From an uncultured Actinomycetota bacterium (lineage in GTDB: Bacteria; Actinomycetota; Actinomycetes; JAHEKZ01), in the NCBI GenBank assembly GCA_963829525.1, contig CAWHIJ010000003.1, positions 864,001 through 928,000 on the forward strand: a stretch of 64,000 nucleotides of DNA, read 5' to 3'. The translations under genes were made by a program, and so were the position numbers. The notes beneath the pieces were generated by a model that saw only the letters and a list, made by a program, of their open reading frames with translations, was not told where the DNA came from and ran no database searches. Below, one piece after another: positions 41,843 to 50,902 of the stretch (position 1 is its first letter; each line of letters opens with the position of its first letter).

Positions 41843-43273
41843 GTGGACCGTGCCGAGAGCCCAAAGCGGTCGCGTGGCGACCAGCGCAAGCAGCCGGAGG
41901 AACGAGTCCGTTCGGCCATCTCTGGACGCATTCACCGGGTCGCCGTTGTCTCGCACGACCGCGTCCTGCGCCGCTTCTGGGTCTCGCAGATGGTCAGTGA
42001 GATGGGCGACTGGATCGGGTTGCTGGGAATCGCGGCCCTGCTGTACGCCAACACAGGTTTGGCGATCGCCGCCTCCGGCAGCCTGGCTGCCCTCTATCTG
42101 CCCTATCTCTTCGCGCCCCTTCTGGTCGGCTGGGCCTCGAAGATCCCGCCACGGCGACTCTTGATCGGTGCCGACTTCCTGCGCGCGGCGCTCATCTTGC
42201 TCCTGCTCGTCCCCGATCTGCCTGCCTGGTCCTTGCTGGCTCTGGTCTTCCTGGCCTCGGTGCCCACGTCGGTGTACGAGGCGACGCGTGCGGCCGCGGT
42301 GCCGGAGTACGCCCAGGACGAAGAGACTCGCGAGGACGCCCTGGTCCTCTTCCAGTCGACCCAGCAGATCGCCAGCATGCTCGGCTTCCTGGTCGGCGGA
42401 GCCGCACTGGCGCTGGTCGGTTTTGCTGCAGCCATCGGGCTCAACGCATTTTCCTTCCTTGTCTCAGGTCTGCTCCTGCTCGGCGTTCCAAAGCTCGCAC
42501 CGTTGGCCGACGTCACCGACACCGCCCGCGGGCTCCTGCGCAACGGTGTCCGGGCGCTGGTCGGGCGCCCCATCCTGCGGCTCGCCGTCCTCTTGTCGGT
42601 GGTCAGTGCGAGCACGATCATGGCAGGCGAGGCGTTGGTCGTGGTCTACGCCACCGGGTTCGACCACCCTGGTCTCGCGGGTCCCTTCGCCGCACTGATG
42701 GCCTTCGTCGCAGCGTTGCTCGGTCTCATGCTCCCGCGGCACCGGGGTAGCGGGGATCTGATGCGCCTGTCAGCGGTCACCATGATCGTCGGCGGGATTC
42801 TGGCCGTCGCCGCATTCGCTCTTCCAGCAAGCTTCGTGCCGGGAGTTGTCGGGTACATCGGGCTTGGCATCATCAGCGCGCCCGGCGCCCTGACCTACGT
42901 CGTCGCCGTGCGAGAGATGGCTCCGGCCATTCGGGCTCCCGTGTTCGCGCTGGTACAGGTAGCACTCATGGGCGGCCAGGCAACGGTCGCCGTGCTTGCA
43001 GGAAGTCTGGCCGACCGGACGTCGGTGGGTACCTCCATCGCTCTGTGGCAGGTGCCGACGATTGCCATTTCGGTGTGGGTACTCGCCGCCGCCGTTGGCG
43101 CCTACGTGGTGCGATTCATGGTTCGCGCCAAGAAGGCAGCAGCTTCTAGGCCAACCCCCGGCGCGCCACGGCCGGTGGCCGAGTTCCCGCGATCGCCTGC
43201 ACCATCGCCAGTACCTCGCGCGTCTCGCGCACCTCGTGCACGCGAAAGACCCGTGCTCCCAACCAAGAACTGA
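41843..43273 (+). CDS. MFS transporter
   Basis: About 12 TM segments, RRLLIGADFLRA and INAFSF-like motifs; start uncertain. Confidence 0.85.
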   Translation: MDRAESPKRSRGDQRKQPEERVRSAISGRIHRVAVVSHDRVLRRFWVSQMVSEMGDWIGLLGIAALLYANTGLAIAASGSLAALYLPYLFAPLLVGWASKIPPRRLLIGADFLRAALILLLLVPDLPAWSLLALVFLASVPTSVYEATRAAAVPEYAQDEETREDALVLFQSTQQIASMLGFLVGGAALALVGFAAAIGLNAFSFLVSGLLLLGVPKLAPLADVTDTARGLLRNGVRALVGRPILRLAVLLSVVSASTIMAGEALVVVYATGFDHPGLAGPFAALMAFVAALLGLMLPRHRGSGDLMRLSAVTMIVGGILAVAAFALPASFVPGVVGYIGLGIISAPGALTYVVAVREMAPAIRAPVFALVQVALMGGQATVAVLAGSLADRTSVGTSIALWQVPTIAISVWVLAAAVGAYVVRFMVRAKKAAASRPTPGAPRPVAEFPRSPAPSPVPRASRAPRARERPVLPTKN

Positions 43274-44018
43274 CAGCTGTCGCTGCGAGTGTTCCCGTGA
43301 GTCGCTCCCCGACCGGTACATCCAGCGTCTCGCCAACGAAGTCTTTGTTTGACAGTGACACAAGCACGGGGCGCCCGGTCGCGACGAGCCGATCAAGCCC
43401 ACGCGTGACGGCGAGTGAGTGCCGGGTGTTCTTCCCGAAGTCGTGGCCCGGGTCGATGAGGATCCGCTCAGGCGGAATGCCGGCTGCCTCGGCCCGGGAA
43501 GCCTCGAGCGCCAAGAAACCGAGCACAGAGCCGACGACGTCCTCATACTCCACGCGATGGGGGCGAGTGCGCGGTGCCGCCCCTCCCGTGTGCGTGCAAA
43601 CGATGCCAACACCGCGGGCTGCCGCGACATCGACGAGTTGAGTGTCGTAGCCGCCCCACGCGTCGTTGATCAGGTCGGCCCCCGCCCGGCACACCGCGTC
43701 CCCGACCTCATGGCGCCAGGTGTCGACGCTGATCACCACGTCGGGGTGCCGCTCCCGAATCGCAGCGACGAAGTCGACCGTCCGGTCGAGCTCTTCGTCA
43801 ACATCGACTTCAGCGCCGGGACCAGCCTTGACGCCACCGATGTCGACGATGTCGGCTCCGGCGGCGACGGCTGCGTCGACGGCGGCGAGGGCTCTGTCAT
43901 CGGCGAACGTGCGCCCCGCGTCATAGAAGGAATCGGGCGTTCGGTTGACGATGGCCATGACGGCCCTGTCCTCGGGGCTGAAGGAACGGCGCCCCAATTG
44001 CAGATTGGGTGGTGACAC
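43146..44018 (-). CDS. folP: Dihydropteroate synthase (FolP2-like)
   Basis: MAIVNRTPDSFYD, DIGGVKAGPG, DPGHDFGKN and FRVHEV. Confidence 0.9.
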   Translation of the reverse strand: MSPPNLQLGRRSFSPEDRAVMAIVNRTPDSFYDAGRTFADDRALAAVDAAVAAGADIVDIGGVKAGPGAEVDVDEELDRTVDFVAAIRERHPDVVISVDTWRHEVGDAVCRAGADLINDAWGGYDTQLVDVAAARGVGIVCTHTGGAAPRTRPHRVEYEDVVGSVLGFLALEASRAEAAGIPPERILIDPGHDFGKNTRHSLAVTRGLDRLVATGRPVLVSLSNKDFVGETLDVPVGERLTGTLAATAVSSWLGARVFRVHEVRETREVLAMVQAIAGTRPPAVARRGLA

Positions 44019-44093
44019 GTTGCTCCCACGTGGCTTGATGCCGGACCGGCTCCGGCATGGGACCATCGTGTCGCATCGAAGGAGGCGCGTCGC

Positions 44094-44393
44094 ATGATGT
44101 GGATTCTGTGGTTGATCGTGATCACCGCGATCTTGCTTACTGTGGTCTTGCTGGCTCTCGGGCGGGGCGATGGCCTCGCGGAGGAGGAGCCGGACGACGT
44201 CGTGGTGCGGCTCCCGGAAGATCGCAGCATGGTCGCCTCCGACGTCGAAACACTCCGGCTGCCGCTGGCGGTGCGCGGCTACCAGATGGCTGCGGTCGAC
44301 GAAGTCCTCGACCGACTCGCGGTGGAGATCGCCCTGCGGGATGCTCAGATCCGGCAGTTGCAGGGACTCGATCCCACGCCTACGGAGGCCTGA
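44094..44393 (+). CDS. DivIVA-domain membrane protein
   Basis: TM helix followed by LPLAVRGYQMAAVDEVLDRL. Confidence 0.85.
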   Translation: MMWILWLIVITAILLTVVLLALGRGDGLAEEEPDDVVVRLPEDRSMVASDVETLRLPLAVRGYQMAAVDEVLDRLAVEIALRDAQIRQLQGLDPTPTEA

Positions 44394-44849
44394 GTGAGCG
44401 CGTACATCGCAGTCGACGTCGTGGTCGATGCGCCACCGCAGGCGGTGTGGGATGCCGTCACTGACTGGCCCCGGCAGTCCGAGTGGATGCTCGGGACGAC
44501 GGTCCGGACCACCGAGGGTGGTGGAGTCGGAGTCGGCGGCGGTCTTGAGGCCTTCACCGGTGTTGGGCGCGCCGGCTTCCTGGACACCATGGTCATCACT
44601 GAGTGGGACCCGCCGTGGAAGTGCGTCGTGCGCCACACCGGGCGGGTGGTCAAGGGGCTCGGGATCTTTGAGGTGTTGGCGCTTCCCGGGGGCCGTTCCC
44701 GTTTCGTGTGGGCCGAAGAGCTCGACCTCCCGTTGGGGGTGCTCGGCCGCATCGGCTGGCCGGTCGTGCGCCCGGGATTCGCCTGGGGGGTGCGCCGAAG
44801 TCTGCAGAAACTGGCCAGGGACGTCGAGCGCGACAACGCGTCGCGCTAG
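44394..44849 (+). CDS. SRPBCC-family protein
   Basis: VDAPPQAVWDAVTDW and EWDPP. Confidence 0.85.
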   Translation: MSAYIAVDVVVDAPPQAVWDAVTDWPRQSEWMLGTTVRTTEGGGVGVGGGLEAFTGVGRAGFLDTMVITEWDPPWKCVVRHTGRVVKGLGIFEVLALPGGRSRFVWAEELDLPLGVLGRIGWPVVRPGFAWGVRRSLQKLARDVERDNASR

Positions 44850-44995
44850 CGCTGCGCACTGGGGCGGGCGCACACCGTCACCGGTCGTGCGGAATAATGA
44901 TCAGGCACAGTTCGGAGGGCTCTCCGAGGAGTACATCGAACTAGGGCTCCGCGTGCCGAACTCTCGGTGGCGCGGCCTTCTGAAAGGGGATGCCC

Positions 44996-45163
44996 ATGGC
45001 GGCCATGAAGCCGCGCACCGGTGACGGTCCACTCGAGGTGACCAAGGAAGGCCGCGGCATCGTCATGCGCGTCCCCCTCGAGGGTGGCGGCCGGCTCGTC
45101 GTCGAGCTCAACGCCGAGGAAGCCACAGACCTGGGTGCCCAGCTCGTCGCTGTGGTGGGCTGA
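44996..45163 (+). CDS. DUF3117 small protein (absent from the ORF track)
   Basis: Manual translation MAAMKPRTGDGPLEVTKEGRGIVMRVPLEGGGRLVVELNAEEATDLGAQLVAVVG. Confidence 0.92.
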   Translation: MAAMKPRTGDGPLEVTKEGRGIVMRVPLEGGGRLVVELNAEEATDLGAQLVAVVG

Positions 45164-45168
45164 GGCCG

Positions 45169-45516
45169 GTGTTCGGCCTCTCGGTGCGGTGGTCCCTGAA
45201 GGACGCACCGCCCGACGCAGCGCAACAGTTGCGCAACTACGTCGTGCAGACGTCACTGAATCGGTTTTCCGGCATGGATGGATTGCACATGAAGACGTGG
45301 CGCATGATGGACGGCGACTGGTTCGAAGGAACCTACATCTTCGCCACGCGCGAGGACCGCGACCACTTCCTAGCCGGATTCATGCCGGGTGAAGCGACGG
45401 CACCGGGAAGCGTAATAGTTGGTTCGGCCCCCGTCGCCTACGAACCCTTCGAGGTTGTCGCAATCGCTGAGGGCGGCTCCGGGTTCGTATCCGGCGCCGG
45501 ACCTGGCATCGCCTGA
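45169..45516 (+). CDS. Hypothetical dimeric alpha-beta barrel protein
   Basis: GL..KTW....WFEGTYIF pattern resembling YdhR-like proteins. Confidence 0.55.
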   Translation: MFGLSVRWSLKDAPPDAAQQLRNYVVQTSLNRFSGMDGLHMKTWRMMDGDWFEGTYIFATREDRDHFLAGFMPGEATAPGSVIVGSAPVAYEPFEVVAIAEGGSGFVSGAGPGIA

Positions 45517-45527
45517 AGCTCGAGTCC

Positions 45528-46163
45528 CTAGAGTCTCTGCGCCACCAGCAAACCATCGCCCACAGGAATCAGGAGCGGCCTGATCCGCTCGTCTTCGCGG
45601 GTGTCGTTGATCAGGGTGCGAACCGCGATCGTCGCGGGGTCACGTTGGGCGGGGTCGGCGACACGGCCACCTGCCAGGACATCGTTGAAGACCACTAGCC
45701 CCCCCGGCCGGAGCAGCCGAAGGGCTTCCTCGAAGTAGCGACTCGACTCTTGCGGGTTCCCGTCGAAGAAGACAAGGTCGTAGCCCGCGTCGGCGAGCCG
45801 GGAAAGTACGTCGAGGACTCGGCCGGTGATGAGCCGCACGCGCTGCGTGGGGACTCCAGCCTCGTTGAATGTCTGTCGCGCGGCTCGTGAGTTCTCGGTC
45901 TCCTCGTCGACTGACGTAAGGACGCCGTCGTCGGTCATGCCGCGCAGGAGCCACAGCCCTGAAACGCCTGAGCCGGTACCGACCTCGGCAACCGCACGGG
46001 CCCCGACCAGGTCGGCGAGCCATTGCAGGGTGGCTCCGGTGGCCGGAGATACAGAAGAGACGCCGATCTCTTCGCCGCGCTGTCGGGCAGCCTCGAGCAG
46101 AATGTCTTCTGGTCGATAGTCGTCAACGAACTGACGGCTAGCGGCTGCTTCGTCGATGGTGAT
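45528..46163 (-). CDS. SAM-dependent O-methyltransferase, probable ATC start
   Basis: The frame stays open 225 bp upstream of the track ATG and contains VAEVGTGSGVSG; YDLVFFD, LRPGG and GDGLL follow. GAGGAGG precedes the ATC. Confidence 0.88.
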   Translation of the reverse strand: MTIDEAAASRQFVDDYRPEDILLEAARQRGEEIGVSSVSPATGATLQWLADLVGARAVAEVGTGSGVSGLWLLRGMTDDGVLTSVDEETENSRAARQTFNEAGVPTQRVRLITGRVLDVLSRLADAGYDLVFFDGNPQESSRYFEEALRLLRPGGLVVFNDVLAGGRVADPAQRDPATIAVRTLINDTREDERIRPLLIPVGDGLLVAQRL

Positions 46164-46289
46164 GATGGGCCTCCTCAGCTGTCCGGTCTGAGTCGTTGCG
46201 TGTGCGGCGCCCCGACCCTATCCCTGGCTGGAGGTTGGTACCCATGGTCCCCGGCCACAGGCGGGAAAATGACCCCGTAGCGTGGTGGT

Positions 46290-47411
46290 GTGAGCACTCC
46301 GACCTCATCGCGGTACGTCTACCGCAGCCCAGCAAACCGGCGCCCGAGTCTGCTGGTGCTGGTGCTCGCTGCACTGCTGGTCGGACTGGTCGGGGGAGCC
46401 GCCGCCGCAGCTGCTGTCCTCTGGATCAATGAGCGTAGCGACACCATTCCTGGGATCTCTCTGCCGGTGGCCCCGGTCGCAGCCGACCCGCCGAGCAGGG
46501 TGACTGCGATCGCCGACGCCGTTCTGCCGACGGTTGTCTCCCTCGAGGTGCGTGGCAGTGGAGGAGGTTCGACCGGATCTGGTTTCGTCGTCCGGCCTGA
46601 CGGCTACATCGTCACGAACAGCCACGTCGTCTCCGGTGCCGTGGACGGCGGCTCAGTGACCATTACCTTCGCAGATGGTGGTCGGGTGCCCGCCCGCATC
46701 GTCGGCCGGTCGCCCACCTACGACCTTGCGGTCGTCAAAGTGGACCGCGACAAGCTGCCGGCCGCCTTGCTCGGTGACTCCGACCAGCTTCGGGTCGGCG
46801 ACCCTGTTGTGGCGGTCGGTTCCCCACTCGGGCTCAGTGGCACGGTCACGACTGGGATCGTGAGTGCCCTAGACCGTCCGGTGACGACGTCTGACGCGGG
46901 GGAGGCGTCATATATCAGCGCGATCCAGACCGATGCTGCGATAAACCCGGGTAACTCCGGTGGTCCCCTCGTCGACGGCCGTGGTCGCGTTGTCGGCATC
47001 ACCAGCGCGATCGCGACGTTGGGCACCGGAGGGTCCAGCGGCAGCATCGGGCTTGGCTTCGCCATCCCGGTGAACCAGGCCAAGGTGATCGTCGAGCAGC
47101 TCATCGCCGAGGGCGAGGCTGAGTACCCGATCGTGGGGGTGCTGCTCGACCTGACCCGGTCCGGTCCTGGTGCTCAGGTGCAGCTGGCATCGGCACCGGG
47201 TGAAGCCGTGACGCCAGGTGGTCCGGCTGACATCGCCGGTGTTCAGCCCGGTGATCTCATCGTGGCCGTTGACGGCGAACCGATCGAGACATTCGAGGAG
47301 TTCGTGGTCCTCGTACGCAGCCAGCGGCCCGGTGACGAGATCTCGCTGCTGGTGGAGCGGGGCGACGAGCAGGTCACTCTCGACGTCACTTTGGGAGCAA
47401 CCGTCGGCTGA
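46290..47411 (+). CDS. htrA: HtrA/DegP-family serine protease
   Basis: TM helix, GSGF, TNSHV, DLAV, QTDAAINPGNSGG and a PDZ domain. Confidence 0.93.
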   Translation: MSTPTSSRYVYRSPANRRPSLLVLVLAALLVGLVGGAAAAAAVLWINERSDTIPGISLPVAPVAADPPSRVTAIADAVLPTVVSLEVRGSGGGSTGSGFVVRPDGYIVTNSHVVSGAVDGGSVTITFADGGRVPARIVGRSPTYDLAVVKVDRDKLPAALLGDSDQLRVGDPVVAVGSPLGLSGTVTTGIVSALDRPVTTSDAGEASYISAIQTDAAINPGNSGGPLVDGRGRVVGITSAIATLGTGGSSGSIGLGFAIPVNQAKVIVEQLIAEGEAEYPIVGVLLDLTRSGPGAQVQLASAPGEAVTPGGPADIAGVQPGDLIVAVDGEPIETFEEFVVLVRSQRPGDEISLLVERGDEQVTLDVTLGATVG

Positions 47412-47437
47412 CGAGCATCCTGGCCTACTCTGGAGCT

Positions 47438-47782
47438 GTGTTCGACATCAATATGTGGGAGATCGCGGCGATCGCGATTCTCGCCTTGCTGATCTTCGGG
47501 CCGGACAAACTGCCTGGCCTCGCCGCAGATGCCGCCCGGCTGCTGCGCGAGGTGCGCAAGATGGCGACAGGTGCCAAGCAGGACCTCAAGGACTCTCTCG
47601 GTCCCGAGCTGGGCGACCTCAACGTGAACGACCTTGACCCGCGATCATTCGTCAAGCGCAACCTCTTCGACCCCATCGATGATGAAGTCAAGGATGCGCG
47701 AAGGGCCGCCGAAGGCGGTGCCGCTGGTGAATCGGGCGGCAAGGGATCATCGGGTCCCACCTTCGACTCCGACACCACCTGA
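47438..47782 (+). CDS. tatB: Tat translocase subunit TatB
   Basis: MFDINMWE...FGPDKLP and FDSDTT end; located after htrA. Confidence 0.9.
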   Translation: MFDINMWEIAAIAILALLIFGPDKLPGLAADAARLLREVRKMATGAKQDLKDSLGPELGDLNVNDLDPRSFVKRNLFDPIDDEVKDARRAAEGGAAGESGGKGSSGPTFDSDTT

Positions 47783-47785
47783 GGG

Positions 47786-48919
47786 TCAGCCGCGGTTAGG
47801 AGTCAGGCTCAGCGACTTGCCGAGCAGCCCACGTTCGCGGCGTCCTAGCCGTGTAGCGATTTCGGTCAGAGTCACGGCCGCAGGTGCATCCGGGTCAGTG
47901 AGCACCAAGGGCTGACCGTTGTCACCGCCTTCGCGCAGCCGCACATCGATCGGAACCGCACCGAGCAGCGGTACCGGAGCGCCGAGCGAGCGGCTGAGCC
48001 CTGACGCCACCTGCTCGCCCCCACCAGAGCCGAAAACCTCAACGCGTTCGTTGCAGTGCGGGCAGGGCAGCCACGCCATGTTCTCAATGACCCCGGCCAC
48101 GCGTTGATGCGTCTGCAGGGCGATGGTGCCGGCCCGCTCAGCCACCTCGGCTGCCGCCTGCTGCGGCGTTGTCACAACGAGCAGCTCGGCGGTCGGCACC
48201 AGCTGCGCCACGGAGATGGCGATGTCTCCGGTGCCGGGGGGTAGGTCCATGAGCAGGACATCGAGGTCGCCCCACCAGACATCGGCGAGGAACTGTTGCA
48301 GGGCTCGGTGGAGCATGGGGCCGCGCCACACCACAGGGGTGTTGCCAGCGGTGAACATACCGATGGAGATGACCTTCACACCGTGTGACTGCGGCGGCAT
48401 GATCAAACCTTCGACCTGGGTAGGGCGCCCTTCAACGCCGAGCATGCGTGGGATCGAGTGACCGTAGATGTCTGCATCGACGACGCCCACCGACAGCCCA
48501 TCGGCGGCCATCGCTGCAGCAAGGTTGACCGTCACCGATGACTTCCCGACGCCACCTTTGCCGGACGCCACCGCGAAGACACGCGTGAGCGAGTCAGCTT
48601 TGGCGAAGGGGATCTCACGCTCGGCCTGGCCGCCCCGAAGCTTCTGTGCCATTGCCTGGCGTTGCTCATCGCTCATCACATCGAGGACGACAGACACGTC
48701 TGTGACGCCGGCAACTGCAGATACCGCGTTGGTCACGTCGGTCGTGATTCGGTCACGCATGGGGCAGCCGGCGACAGTGAGGTAAACCTCGACGGCGACT
48801 CGCCCCGACTGATCGGAGTCGACCGACTTGACCATTCCGAGATCGGTGATGGGTTGGTGGATCTCGGGGTCCTTGACGGTGGCAAGGGCGGCGTGGACGG
48901 CATCGAGGTCGACGGGCAT
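47786..48919 (-). CDS. mrp: Mrp/NBP35 Fe-S carrier ATPase
   Basis: DPEI, ASGKGGVGKS, DADIYG, WRGPM, DLPPGTGD and CPHC. Confidence 0.95.
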   Translation of the reverse strand: MPVDLDAVHAALATVKDPEIHQPITDLGMVKSVDSDQSGRVAVEVYLTVAGCPMRDRITTDVTNAVSAVAGVTDVSVVLDVMSDEQRQAMAQKLRGGQAEREIPFAKADSLTRVFAVASGKGGVGKSSVTVNLAAAMAADGLSVGVVDADIYGHSIPRMLGVEGRPTQVEGLIMPPQSHGVKVISIGMFTAGNTPVVWRGPMLHRALQQFLADVWWGDLDVLLMDLPPGTGDIAISVAQLVPTAELLVVTTPQQAAAEVAERAGTIALQTHQRVAGVIENMAWLPCPHCNERVEVFGSGGGEQVASGLSRSLGAPVPLLGAVPIDVRLREGGDNGQPLVLTDPDAPAAVTLTEIATRLGRRERGLLGKSLSLTPNRG

Positions 48920-48942
48920 GCTCTGATGCTACGTGCGAAGAC

Positions 48943-50640
48943 TCAGCCAGGCTCGGGGGCGTCCACCTGCGTCACGCGGAGCACTTCTTCAAACGTGGTG
49001 CGCCCGGCAGCGGCATGTTGCAGGGCCGCCTCCTGCAAGGTGATGAAATCGTGTCCGGCGTTCAGGAGGGTCTCCTCGGTGGGGTCGTGCGCGAAGGCGC
49101 GCCGAAGACTGGCGGTGACGGGGAGCACCTCAAAGGCGCCGATCCGGCCCCGGTAGCCGGTCATTCCGCACTTGAGGCAGCCAGCGCCTCGGCGAGGGTT
49201 GGCCTGGGTGAGGGTGTCGAGGTCAACGGCGAGCGCAGCCAGAATCTCGTCGGTCGGCACATGCGGCTCGCTGCACTCGCTGCAGACTCGACGCACCAAG
49301 CGCTGGGCGACGACAAGGTTGAGGGATGACGCAACCAGGAAGGGCGGGATCTCCATGTCGACCAATCGGGTCAGCGCCTGCGCGGCACCGTTGGTGTGGA
49401 CGGTGCTGAGGACGAGGTGTCCGGTCAGCGAGGCACGTAGCGCCAGCTCCGCGGTCTCCTTGTCACGGATCTCACCGACCAGGACGACATCGGGGTCTTG
49501 TCGCAGGATTGCGCGGAGCCCTTTGGCGAACGTCATCCCGCTTCGAACGTTGACGTTTACCTGAGTAATCCCGGGCAACTGGATCTCGACGGGGTCCTCG
49601 AGGGTGACCACATTTCGTTCGGGTGTGATCACCTCGTTGATTGCTGCGTAGAGAGTGTTGGTCTTGCCTGACCCCGTCGGGCCGGTGATCAAGATCAGAC
49701 CTTGCGACACCTTCAGCGAGCGTTGCAGGATCTCCAACTGCTCGGGCAGCAGACCGAGGGAATCGGGACCAGGGACATGCTCGGTAGTGGTCAGCAGGCG
49801 GATCACGACCTTCTCGCCGTGAATCGCCGGCAGCGTGCTGACCCGTGCATCGATGGCTGTTCCGTCGACGCTGATCCGGGTGCGTCCGTCCTGGGGCACA
49901 CGTCGTTCAGAGATGTCGAGACCGGAGATGATCTTCAGCCGACTGATCATGCTGGGGCCGGCATTTCGAGGGACGGTCATCATGTCGCGCAGCAGCCCGT
50001 CGATTCGGTAGCGAATGCGAACGGCATCACGCTGCGGCTCGACGTGGATGTCGCTGGCTCCGGCGCGTACCGCGTCGCCGAGGAGTGCGTCGAGCAGGCG
50101 CACAGTCGGCGTCTGGTCAGCGGAGTCGTCGTCATCATCGGTTTCGTCATGCTCGATCGACAACAGCTGAACGGCGTCGGCCGCATCATCTCCGATCGAC
50201 CAGACACGTTTGATCTGAACAGCGATCTGCGTCGGGGTTGCCACGACGACATGCAGGGAGCGCTCACGGGTGTGGATACGCACGTCGTCGAGGGCGAGTA
50301 CGTTGGTGGGGTCGGACGCAGCCAGGCGCAGACCGGTGTCCTCCCGTGCCAAGACGATCAGCCCAAAACGCTCGGCCATCGAGCGGGGAATGAGCTGGGC
50401 AACGGTCGGGTCGACGGGTTCGGTCGAAAGGTCGACCACGTCGAGGGCGAGAAGGTCGCCGAGCGCCTCGGCGACCTGCTCCTCGCTCCCGAGCCTCCGT
50501 GAGACAACGAGTTGTCCGAGGCGCATGCGGCCGGCTCCGTCTACCGGACGAAGAGCGGCCTGCTCAGCAAGAAGCTCGTCGAGCTGAATCTCGTCGATGA
50601 CCGCGTGGCTGACCAGGACCTCGCCGAGACGCCTTCGCAT
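48943..50640 (-). CDS. GspE/PilB-family extension ATPase with MshEN-like N-terminus
   Basis: ASDIHVEP, GPTGSGKT, LEDPVE, LRQDPDVVLVGEIRD, TGHLVLSTVH, CSEC/CLKC, and two RLG repeats. Start may instead be GTG 50736. Confidence 0.92.
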   Translation of the reverse strand: MRRRLGEVLVSHAVIDEIQLDELLAEQAALRPVDGAGRMRLGQLVVSRRLGSEEQVAEALGDLLALDVVDLSTEPVDPTVAQLIPRSMAERFGLIVLAREDTGLRLAASDPTNVLALDDVRIHTRERSLHVVVATPTQIAVQIKRVWSIGDDAADAVQLLSIEHDETDDDDDSADQTPTVRLLDALLGDAVRAGASDIHVEPQRDAVRIRYRIDGLLRDMMTVPRNAGPSMISRLKIISGLDISERRVPQDGRTRISVDGTAIDARVSTLPAIHGEKVVIRLLTTTEHVPGPDSLGLLPEQLEILQRSLKVSQGLILITGPTGSGKTNTLYAAINEVITPERNVVTLEDPVEIQLPGITQVNVNVRSGMTFAKGLRAILRQDPDVVLVGEIRDKETAELALRASLTGHLVLSTVHTNGAAQALTRLVDMEIPPFLVASSLNLVVAQRLVRRVCSECSEPHVPTDEILAALAVDLDTLTQANPRRGAGCLKCGMTGYRGRIGAFEVLPVTASLRRAFAHDPTEETLLNAGHDFITLQEAALQHAAAGRTTFEEVLRVTQVDAPEPG

Positions 50641-50804
50641 CGTTCGTTCGTGGCGCGGGGAAGGCTGAGACGACCCAGCGGTGGGCGCGGCGCTCTCGAT
50701 GGCGGCCTTGCGGTTCGTCGACAGTGGGGACTTCACCGTCAAGTTGTCGGCCCGATGGCGCCCCGGCTGGAGCCGTGGGGGCGGGCGGCGTAGCGTGGCC
50801 CGCA

Positions 50805-50898
50805 CACCGCGGGAGCCCACAAGGGGGCTGAGAGGGCGATCAGCAAGATCTGGTCGCCGACCGCCTGAACCTGTCCGGTTAATGCCGGCGTGGGAGAG
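50805..50898 (+). ncRNA. TPP riboswitch
   Basis: GGGAG...GGCTGAGAGG...GACCGCCTGAACCTGTCCGGTTAATGCCGGCGTGGGAG consensus directly before ATG 50903. Confidence 0.92.
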
Positions 50899-50902
50899 TG
50901 CC

